64,000 nt of DNA from Camelus ferus. Lineage: Eukaryota. Numbering within the stretch: position 1 is the first letter of the stretch; the number at the start of each line of letters is the position of its first letter. The position numbers were made by a program, and so were the translations under genes. Location of the stretch: contig NC_045696.1 of the NCBI RefSeq assembly GCF_009834535.1, positions 39,496,001 to 39,560,000 of the forward strand, read 5' to 3'. A model generated the notes under the pieces. The model was not told the DNA's origin. It made no database searches and worked only from the letters and a program-made list of their open reading frames with translations. This document shows, piece after piece, positions 36,003 through 46,215 of this stretch.

Positions 36003-39000
36003 ACAAGCAGATTCTCATGGAACACACCCACAAGCTGAAAATAGACCAGCCCAGCAAGCAGCTGCTGGCTGATGTGACTGAGACCTGCAGGTCTAAGATC
36101 AAGGATGCACATTAACACCCAGAAGAGTGACTCCAGGCCAAGCAGGAGGAGACTGTGAGGAATGAGGCCAACAGCTAAAGCTCCCCATCTCTTGTCTGTA
36201 CACAGTGGCCTCCGAGATTGCATAGATCCATCATTCCTTAGCACTGGCCTTTATCTGCCTGAGAGGGAAAAAGTGAATTGCATTTATTTTTCTGTCAACT
36301 CTTTGGTCATGTTGAACATTTAACCAATTAAAAATCTAAGTCTTTTTTCACATAAGTACTGTTCAATAAGATCTCTCTCCCTCCATTAACGGGTTACTGA
36401 TTTACTGAAATACAGGATTTTACATTCATCGTTAGCTACATTTCATCATATTAGCTTCCACCAATTTGATTTAACCTTCGTCTATCATTATGCATGCTAA
36501 TTACTATTTTCGGATTTGTGACACTTGTAAATTTGATTACAGTGTAAATCTCTATTCATCTAAATTGTTGACTTAAGAAAGATAAATGAAAAAGAAGAGA
36601 AGGTAGAGTGTAATGCCTTGTAATATGTCACCAGAGCCTTGTGCTAAATTGTTCCTAATCTGATAGATGGCCAGCTTTGATTTTCAGATGCCAATTGGCA
36701 TAACTATTATGTACTATCATCTAGTGCAAATTTCTGCATCTTTTCTACCAAGATATAAAAGTCTTTAGTTGTATTTTGGCATTTCTCTCCAAATTCTTTA
36801 AATTACCAGTAGCACTTCCTAAGTCACTTGTAGATGTCATTATTCCAACCAAAGTATAAAGTTCACCTAAATCTGGATGTGTACCTGATGTAAATTACCT
36901 AGGACTCTTTTATTACCTACTACTCTTTGGGGGCTTCCCTCTACTTCCTACTGCCCTATTACTTGTATTTCTCTATTAATATTTGAGATTTGGCTTGTTT
37001 ACATATGTTTCTCTTTGATTTACCACTTTAGTTGCTCTGCTTTCTCTGTCCTTGTCTAACATTGCATTTTTTTGTCCCATTGATGTCTCTCTTTCCCTAC
37101 CTTACTTTTTTCAGTCAAGAACTTCTGCATCTCCTAACCCTACCAGGTTCTTCTCTTCTCAAGAGATTTTTTTTGTTGGTATTAGCTTTAAAAATACGTA
37201 TATGCAATGTATAACTGAATCACTTTGCTGTACACCTGAAACTAACATTATAAATCAACTGAACTTCAACAAAAAATAAGAATTAAGAATAAGAAGAAAA
37301 GTATGCATAACCTCAACATACATGAAAGTTTATATTTCCTGATATTTCTTTTATATTTCCAATCACTACCCCCCCACCGTGTATTTGTCTTCCATCTTTG
37401 CCCTTTAAATGCTTGACCATTTATTCATTCATTCATTCATAGTAAATGGATATCTATTGACGACCTTCTATGTCCTTGTCGGTGCTAGATGATGCCAATA
37501 CTGAGTCATGACCCAGCAAATGCCTTTAAGGAGCTCATGAACTAGTACAGAATTTACACAGGTAAGCAAGCGTGTGGAAAGGTGTGGAAAGAATTACTAT
37601 GGCCAAGGAGCGCAAAGGTAGGGATACCAAACCCAGACTGTGAAAGTCAGAAAACATGTCTGGAGGATGTGCTAGCCATGCTAAGTCTGGAAGTAGAGGC
37701 TGTAGGATATGTGTGCTGGTGCATGGACTTCTGTAGATGCCATCTCTCTCTTTTTCATCAAAATCACTCTTAACAGCTTGGCTTATAGGGTTTACCATTG
37801 AGCTATCTTGATAAATGACTTCTCACTTTTTCATCCATAAACATGTTTTCAGGACCCACTCAATGCCAGGATCATGTTATATGACACCTTTTCTTTTAAA
37901 GATGCATTTTAAAGATTCAGGGAATTCCCTGCTTTCTCGCTCCCTCATGATTTTTGGGAACTTTTGAAATCGGCTTTCCAAAGTAAAAAAGTATTCATCT
38001 GGCTCTGCCCATTGTTTCTTCCTTGACAACCAACAACTTTAAACTTTTAGGTTCATTTTTACTTTGAAATAGTTGTAAAAATAATATATTGAGTGCTTTC
38101 TATGGGCACTATATTAAATGCTCTGGGAGATACACAAAGATGACTAAGATTTAGGCCCTTTCCTCATGAAGCCTGTAAACTAATAGTGGAAACATGCACA
38201 CCGAACACAATAAAGATAATAATAAATGCTCTACTAAAGATATTTTACATTTAAAGAATTTCTTGGTTAGAATTAAGTTTACAAGAGAGCCCCTTGTTTC
38301 TTCCTTAATTATTAGAGGCTTGATAAGATAAAGTAACACTGTAAGGATAGAAAGTTTGGATTAATTCAAAAATTTTTTGAGAAGAGCTGTATAATTTTTT
38401 CTTAAGTGTTTTTGTGTTTTCAGCATATTCCATGCAAGAGAGTGCATGGACCAATCTAATCGTATCCAGTAATTCAAAAGTCAATTCATCAGGTTAACAA
38501 AATGTAATAATTGTATAATGGATCAAATTAGACTTTAAAATATACATTGAAGAGTCAGTGTTACCTATGGGCTTTCATGTTCTACATTATATTTTTCTGT
38601 AATTTTGGAATACTTTTTGGTAATGATCATGCATTACCTTTTTAATTAGAAAATATATGTTCATAAATATGTATGTGGAGCTTCTATTAGGAAAAGACAT
38701 TATGCTAATTCTCTAGAAAGTTATTTGTTAGGTTTCTTTTCCAAAATGAAAAAATACATATATGATTATAAGAGTTTGAAAAATATGGAAAATAGATAAA
38801 AGAAAAAAATTACCTATAAATCTATCTCACTAACTCAAATGTTAGTGACGTTAATGGTGTGTTTCTTTCCTCTCTCTTTTTTTAAGTGACTAGATAGCAA
38901 CATTTTTAATAATATTTAACCCACAAGAACAGGAATATTTTCTTCATGTGTATCCAATTCTGTACTTCAACCCAGATGAAATGGTAGAATCATGGAATAT

Positions 39001-39469
39001 TTACATGAAAGATCTTACAATTTATCCAGAAATATCTAAACTCTCATATCATCTCCCAATAAGTAAAATCTTTATCTTCTAGATTTACCACCTTGTAGAC
39101 AGGGTCATATTAACAGTAATAATCCAGATTTTATTGGCACTTGTCCCCACCCACTCACATAGGACCCTAATCTCCAGCAAAGTTCCCCCAAATTCTTTTG
39201 GGAGTTCAGATAGTGTTTTACGCATACTATGAGTAAACCCAGTTAACTGTCTAGTCAACTACCATCTTCTTTCCTCTTCTCCTGCTCTAACCTACAAGGG
39301 CTAGATGTTGCTGAGTTCCCTGGCACTGCTGCCTCCTCTAGGATGCTGCCATGGAGGTCCTGGAAATGCCAAAGCAGTGCAGTGGTGTGTGGAGTAGCAG
39401 CAAAGAACCCCCTTCTCCTCTCCCGCTAGAGGGTTCCCCAGCACTGCCACTTGTGTCCCATGTCTTGGG

Positions 39470-39615
39470 ACCCTTACTACCCAAAATGTGGTCCATGGAC
39501 CAGCATCATACAGCAGAACTGTGAGAAATGCAGACTCTCAGGCCCTGTGTATCAGCATCTGCATTCTAACAAGAGCCCCAGATGATTCATATACAAATTA
39601 CAGTTTGAGAAACAC
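39470..39615. mobile_element. MER5A-like DNA transposon
   Basis: gtggtccatggaccagca...agaaatgcagactctcaggcc...tctgcattctaacaag...agtttgagaaaca. Confidence 0.7.
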
Positions 39616-40639
39616 ATACTCAAAGTGCCTCCCTGGGACTAAGGCATGAATTCAACTGGGGACAAGAGTAGTGTTGGGTCAGGAAACAAAAATGACTTTT
39701 TATAATGCTTTCTTCTCTTTGAAGACCTTGTCTTTGTGACTGGGCCACACTTCAAATGTATGGCTCCTTCTTGAGGGATGAGCTCTCCCTCAGGAGCTCC
39801 CTCTCTCCTCACAGAGATAGACTTTCAGTGACCTGCAACTTTTCTTTCAGTTCAACCTGCCATGGCTTAGGCTCAAACTAAGAACCCATCAGACTGTGAG
39901 AAATCTTACACACTGCTCTCCACGTGAAAAATATTTTTATTTAACAAATGTTGATTCAGTACCTGTTATTTACAGAACACTCCATTATGGGCTATGCGGA
40001 TACCAAAATAAGTAACACAATCTCTACCCTCAAAGGAGTCATAAGGAGGTGTATGTTGGGGGGCAGGTGGAGACTTTTGGGAAACAGTTTGAAAGAAAAA
40101 ACCAAAAGGTTCCCAGATGGAGCAGTCTCACTGCAGTTTGGAGAAACCAGTCTTCTGTCTTGTCCCTACAGCCTGGTGTGCCTGTTCGCCAGGAGAAACG
40201 CCCCTCTTCCATTTCCATGTCAATACCTTCTTACCTGCCTTCCAAGGCCAATTTCAAATGCCAGCTGATCAATGAACTCTGCCCTAATTCCTTCATCTAA
40301 ATATGCATTTGACACGTCAGAACCCCCATCATATCCTCTCTTAAGATCAGTTACATGTGTTGAGGCCTTATGGGGTGGAGGATATGTCCCTTATAGGCAA
40401 AAAATGTATTTTAGTCAGTCTTAGACTCTCCCTAGGACCTAAGTACATTTTGGGAAAAAAAAAAAAATTAAAGATAATGCACCTACTCTGTTGATGTTCT
40501 CTATTCAGGAAGTATATCAGCCTTCTCAAATCACAGTCAGAGAGAACACAAGGGAGAGTGCTAAACATTCTGGGGTATGTTCATGGGACACCCCATGGCT
40601 GGCTAGGATTGACTTTTTTTTGCATCTTTTCCTCTGGTC

Positions 40640-40800
40640 AGATTGGTTCTATCATTCAGAAACCATGTCCTCATTAGTAGGCTAGTAACTGTTCATCTCA
40701 GCTGCGTGGAATTTTCTCTTGTTTTCAGCTGGATAGAAGTCGGCTGGCTATATGCCTGCTAGTATTTAAGAAGTCTCTTACCTGAATGGGTACCACTTTT
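40640..40800 (+). promoter_or_regulatory. Candidate non-CpG promoter of the ferritin-domain gene
   Basis: Reverse CCAAT (ATTGG 40642-40646), two CAGCTG E-boxes (40699-40704, 40726-40731) and TATA-like TATTTAA (40763-40769) about 60 nt upstream of the ATG. Confidence 0.5.
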
Positions 40801-40826
40801 TATGCCTGGTTTTTCCTGAAGCTGAG

Positions 40827-40928
40827 ATGGAATCCAAGGCAGAGGGCCTTCTCCCTGAAGAATGTAGGGTTGCTCTTAATCAAGTAGCATCTTATGAGCT
40901 GAATGTCAGTGATGCTTATGTATCTATG
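40827..40928 (+). CDS. FTDC1: Ferritin-domain gene exon 1 coding part (helix A)
   Basis: GAGATGG Kozak context; MESKAEGLLPEECRVALNQVASYELNVSDAYVSM|GTCAGT, versus ferritin H [20 protein letters not shown]|. Confidence 0.88.
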
Positions 40929-43900
40929 GTCAGTATAGTTCCTTGAGCCACTATGAGGAATGTTTTGGCGCTAATCTGGATAATGTATCTTCTATATCCT
41001 TACTAATTGTGGTGACGGCCATATTTGTGGTTTGATACTACTTGAAAAAACAATTTAGTGGCTGAGACTTTGCTGCTCTGTGGCCTAGTGATTTAGAGTT
41101 GGGGTTGCAAACTATGGGCTTATATTGGGAGAACTGCAGTTCTTTTCAGATGATTCCCAAAGCTTTTATGCACATCAGACACTGGTATAAATAATTTTTC
41201 AACCATCTGCTATTTTAGAGCCAATGTAGACGTGTTAGGATTAGTGAAATAGATTAACTTTAAAATGTCAATTCATGCTGGACTTCCGCCAATTGTCTGC
41301 ATGATTACTGGACATAGGGCTACCATGTAGGGTTCTCAAATCTGACCCTTGAAGAGGCCTAATAGGCAAATATTGGGCACCAGCATATCACAATCTGGAT
41401 GGTTTCTCTTTGAGGTAGCCTGGGAGGCAACTGGGGCCTTCTGGAAGTCAAAGAACAAACCAAGGACTCTGGACTGAACACAGAAGGCCTCTTTCAGACA
41501 ACCACAGAGACAGCAAAGTGAGTTTGTGTGAGATTACAGTCTTGAAAATCAGCTTCTCTCACCTCCAGTCTCTCCCCATTCTTCTCCCTGTCCCAGACCT
41601 GTTATTACACTGAAGACAAAGAAACACCTGCTTTTCTCACATTCTTCGAAGACCAAGCTGAGGTGAAGAGGGAACATGCGAAGCAGTTCATAAGATATCT
41701 AAAAAAATATAAGTGTAAAGTCTGCCTTCCGGTGATTAAGGTGACTATGTAACTTTGTTCCGGTGATCTCCGTGGGGCCTTTACTGGGTCTAGAGAACTA
41801 AATTATGAGATGCTACCTAACTTGTTAGGTTACTCATGTTCCTACATGAGTATTATAGCAACTGACCTTGAAGGTAAGCATGTGTCTTCTCTGTAGCCTC
41901 TTCATATCATTTTGAGTAAATTTTAGTCTCTAAATGCTTGTTTGGCTTTTCTCAATGAGCCATTCAAAGTGTGGTCTCTGGACTAGCAGCACCAGCAGCA
42001 CCTGGGAATTCATTAGAAATGCAAATTCAGGGACCCCACTCTGATAAACTGAATCAGATTCTCTAAGGCTGGGGCACAACGATCCGTAGTTTACAAGCTC
42101 TCCAGGTGATTCTAATCCTCTGTACAGTTTGAGACTCATTACTCTAATGGTCTCTTCCTAGAGCTGTTAGCATCCTCTGTTAGACCTTAAGTCTAATTCA
42201 GAGACACACTGGGGTGCTTAATATAGCTGTCTCTTCAATGTAGTAAAACAAAATTTTTTTCACTAGAACAGACACTCGAAAGAAACAATGTGAACCTTAG
42301 TTGGGGGGATTACATTTAGAAACATTCCTACCTACCTGAGGGGTTCTTTTAACTCAAGGTCTATAAAGCAAACTAAATATCTGGTGGTACAGAACTCAAC
42401 ACCGTCCAAAGCTAATGAAGTCCCAGAGCTAAAGGCATAGTGCATGCAGCTGTGCTGGTGGTACCCGGGCTTTGTAGAATATTAAAGCCACCTGGAGAGC
42501 TTTTAAAACTCCTGCCCCTCCTTACTAATTAAGTCAGAATGTCTGCAGTTGAAAGCCAGACATCAGTATTTAAGGTGCTCTGCTGAGTCTGTTGTGTCAC
42601 AAAGTGTGGGAACTATTGGCCTCTGCGAACCTAGTTCTAATTCTACCCAGGAAGTAGGAAGTAACCAAGCTATGCCTCAGGTAGGATAGTGACTCCCCTG
42701 TTCCTCTCCAACAGAGGCTGGATATAGAAAACTGGGGAACTGGCAAAAAAGCTATCGAGTCTGCCCTGCAGTTGGAGAATACGTTAAGCAGCCTTCTGCA
42801 AGACCTGAAGGCCTTGGCTTCTCGGAAGAAACAAGCCAGTGTAAGTAGTAAGCTGGTTCTGAAAGCACTGTCATCTTTCCCTTCTAGATAATGACTTGCT
42901 TCTGAGAGATGAGCCTAAGACAGTGGATTATCTAATGTGTTTATTTTCCTCCAAAGAAGTACATGAACTTATTTCTGGGAGTAGGTGGGAGGTGGGAGGA
43001 GTAGGTACCCTGGTAAGGAGGAATGCAATGCAGAACATGATGAATAAGACTTCTCAGGAATAATGGACTCTGGATATTTAAAGAAGCACAGCCTTGAGAT
43101 CTGCTGTCTTAGATTGCCCCTACAAAAGTGAATGTTTAAGGTGACCTATTGTGTAGACTCCTCTGAAGTCTTCCTGGTTAATGGTGAGCACTCTCCCTTG
43201 CAGTGGTAACTTATTTTTCACCAACCTAGCTTCTCTGGAAGTCAAAATGAAGAAAAGGCCCTCGTAGAAAAGTTACTAACCTAGATGCTCATTGGACTCT
43301 CTGAGGAACTCTGAAAAGGATCAAATGGGAGCCCTACACCAGACTACTTTAATCTAAATCCCTGGGAATGGGGTCTGGGAGCCTACTCAAGATTTACACA
43401 TTATTCAAATAGAGTAGAAAACCATTGCTGTAGTAGCTTATTACTTAAATTAATCTGCATTTTTGATGAGATGCCTTAACACTCATATTCATTGAAGGTG
43501 GCTATCTGTATTCATCTGGAGGTCCTGAATGTCATAGGTGGGTGCTCTTTGAACTTCAATATGCATATGAATCACCTAGTCCCTTTTTAAAATGCAGATG
43601 CTGATTTGGTAGGTCTGGAAGGGATTCAATATAATGCATTTCTGACAAGCTCCTAGGACTGCTGGCCCATTAGCTATAATTTGGGTAGCAAGATCTTAGA
43701 TTGCCTCCCATTGCAGACAAAGTCCTTAGTGAGTTGACCCCCATTTTATTTCTGTAGCTCGCACGCTTCATGAAGAAGTTCCTGGATGAACAGATCAGGA
43801 ACATAAGCTATCTGGAATACCAGCTTGGCTATCAGGAGGAATTAGAGAAGATGGCAAAGAATGAAGGACAGGATGAAAAGGCTGCTGTGGCATCTGAAGC

Positions 43901-43973
43901 ATCAGGTAAAGAGACACCTGAAGGCAACACAGCACGTCTTCCCACCCAGCAGGTCCCAAGCCCAGAATCTTGA
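40827..43973 (+). CDS. FTDC1: Divergent ferritin-domain protein (FTDC1/FTDC2-like); whole gene span, 4 coding exons, 588 nt, 195 aa
   Basis: Exons 40827-40928, 41597-41740, 42715-42840 and 43758-43973 have phase-0 GT-AG junctions and no stops or frameshifts. They align to ferritin H exon by exon. The symbol rests on my recollection that mouse Ftdc1/Ftdc2 lie next to Cpox; which paralogue this is cannot be resolved from the sequence. Confidence 0.88.
41597..41740 (+). CDS. FTDC1: Ferritin-domain gene exon 2 (helix B and BC loop)
   Basis: Polypyrimidine tract plus CCCAG; TCYYTEDKETPAFLTFFEDQAEVKREHAKQFIRYLKKYKCKVCLPVIK|GTGACT, versus ferritin H SYYFDRDD...QSHEEREHAEKL...LQDIK|. Confidence 0.9.
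41950..42140. mobile_element. MER5A-like DNA transposon in intron 2 of the ferritin-domain gene
   Basis: caaagtgtggtc..cagcagcacctgggaattcattagaaatgcaaatt...ccaggtgattctaat...agtttgaga. Confidence 0.8.
42715..42840 (+). CDS. FTDC1: Ferritin-domain gene exon 3 (helix C)
   Basis: 126 nt; RLDIENWGTGKKAIESALQLENTLSSLLQDLKALASRKKQAS|GTAAGT, versus ferritin H [42 protein letters not shown] (same 42 codons). Confidence 0.92.
43758..43973 (+). CDS. FTDC1: Ferritin-domain gene exon 4 coding part (helix D plus polar tail)
   Basis: TTTTATTTCTGTAG acceptor; LARFMKKFLDEQIRNISYLEYQLGYQEELEKM...VPSPES*, versus ferritin H [21 protein letters not shown]. Confidence 0.9.
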   Translation, partial: LARFMKKFLDEQIRNISYLEYQLGYQEELEKMAKNEGQDEKAAVASEASGKETPEGNTARLPTQQVPSPES

Positions 43974-44041
43974 TCGTCTCCATTTAACAGAAGACTGCTT
44001 TCCTTTTCATCTAGACTCCTAATCCTCAGTGTTGGCATGCA

Positions 44042-44047
44042 AATAAA
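44042..44047 (+). terminator. Polyadenylation signal of the ferritin-domain gene
   Basis: AATAAA 68 nt after the TGA stop. Confidence 0.75.
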
Positions 44048-45284
44048 CCTGTTTTGCATTATAATCATGTGTAAGGAGATTGCTGTCGGAGTACAAGAAG
44101 GGTTAGTTCCATTAATGTGAGTTTGGTGAAAGCTTCCTGAGGGACAGTAGGTGCATTAGATTAAAAAAAAAAAAAAAAGGGCCTCCTCTGTTTCCAACAA
44201 CACCCAGAGACAGAGGCAGGATTTGGTAAATCTAGCCAATCCAAGTGGATAGAGTAGAAATTAAGTAGTAAAACCTTAGGTTCCTGGCAGGAGGTAGGAG
44301 AAGGGAACAGGAAGGTACATAAGCAAGTAAGACACTACAGACAAGTTTGGATGCCCCTACCTTCTACACTGTAGACCGTCTAGCAGCTACTGGGGTGATT
44401 GCTTTCAGCAGAAAACAGTGAGCATGCAAGCTTGGATCAGACCCAAGGGCTTCAGGTGGCAAGTACCACCTGGGAAGAAAGCAGGCTGTATAGGATTGTG
44501 CCCTGGCTGCAAAACTTACTAGCTCCATGGCCTTGAGTAAGTTTTTATTTACCTCACTCATTGATGCAGTTTAGTCATCTGTAAAGTACGATTAATATTG
44601 TATAGTTCATAAAGTTAACAAGACGATTGAGTAAATTAATATGTAAAGTATCTAAAAACAGCACCTGCTCAGATTGTGTATTTGTATAGTAAGTAGTGCC
44701 ACTTCTGAAACGTGAGGAAAGCCAATACGTAACAGAAACACTTACAACAAGAAAACAGATTACTGAAATTGCGACAGAATCTTAAAACATTTAATCTTAA
44801 AAGAATCTTGTTGGAAACAAGAACAGGTGGTCATAGGAAAGAACTACCTTGGAGAAATTCAAGTTAACAAATGGGTTGATTATTCAAATAAACACAGCTA
44901 ATCAAACAAGTGATCCAGAAGTAAGCCAAAAAATTCTCTGACAAAGCAGTAAAGAAACAGTATTTAAAATGTTAAGACATGGAATTCCAACAAAAGATCT
45001 AACTAGAGCTCCAGGAGGAAAGACATTGAGAAAGAACCACTATGGTGAAATTTTAGAGCATCAAGGATGAAAAAGTTTGCCATAAAAGGCATTACTTAAA
45101 AAGAAAAACTGACATATTAATAAGACCTTCACTGTGAATAACATTATTGTTTTAACAGCAAAATATAAGGGCATGGGCTTTACATGCAAATCCAAAGTAG
45201 CCTGGCTGATTCTAACCTTTTTTGTTATTGTTGAAAAATAAATAGCTGAGATTTTTTCATAATTTTGCTATGCTCTGTACTTCT

Positions 45285-45348
45285 TTTAAATTGAAATGTA
45301 ATTGATTTTAATATTGTGTTAGTTTCAGATGTCCAGCAAAGTGATTTC

Positions 45349-45435
<87 letters not shown>

Positions 45436-45680
45436 TTTTTCAGATTCTTTTCCTTTATAGGTTATTACAAGATACTGAATTGGTTCCCTGTGCTATAAAG
45501 TAGGTCATTGTTGTTTATCTATTTTATATGTAGTAATATGTATATGTTAATCCTGAACTCTTAATTTATCCCTCCCCTGACTTTCCCCTTTCGTAACCAT
45601 AAATTTGTTGTCTATGTCTGGAGTCTTTTTCTGGTTTGTAAATAAATTCACTCGCATTTTTTTTAATTCCACATATACTA
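45285..45680 (-). mobile_element. L1 3' end containing a (CA)n(TA)n microsatellite
   Basis: Same L1 3' UTR family as the copy at 5507-5852. Confidence 0.8.
45353..45432. repeat. (CA)n(TA)n compound microsatellite
   Basis: Seen directly. Confidence 0.95.
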
Positions 45681-46009
45681 ACTAACCTCCTATAGTGCTT
45701 TAAGCTTTAGTAATTCCAGTGGGAAGGGTATGCACTCAGGCAACAGTCAAGCACATAGTAGACTTCTTTTCCAACTTCTGCACACCTTTTCTACAAGTCA
45801 CACATCTTGAAAATCACCGCCAAGACGAGCTTGTCACCACTGGAGAAATACTAGTTTACAAAGCATTCTTAAATAAATTCCTACTTTTATAATTACCAAC
45901 TTATATCCAATTTTATGCTTATTAATCTGAGAGACAATCACATTAAATTGGGAGTAAGACAAGATTACATTTTCCTCCACACTACTTACTGGCTTTCTGG
46001 ACATTCTCA

Positions 46010-46215
46010 AGCAGGGTTTCTCAACCCCAGTACTATTGACATTTTGAGGCAAATGACCTTTGTTATGTGGGGTCATCCTATGCATTGTAAGATATCTAGC
46101 AACATCCCTGGCCTCTACCTACCAAGTAGAACCTTCTCCAGTTGTGACAAACTGTTTCCAGACATTGCCAAGTGTCTCTTGAGAGGTAAAAATTAACCCT
46201 GTTTAAGCACCACTA
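46010..46215. mobile_element. MER20-like hAT DNA transposon
   Basis: cagggtttctcaacc..actattgacatttt...ccagacattgccaagtgtc...gcaccact. Confidence 0.8.

Noticed and set aside
40786..40826. Upstream ATG at 40786 as an N-terminal extension of the ferritin-like protein
   Set aside because: Out of frame with the main ORF and probably upstream of the TSS.
40900..40920. CAGTGA as a possible IRE loop
   Set aside because: It lies within the coding exon, and the flanking bases do not form the 5-bp upper stem with a bulged C.
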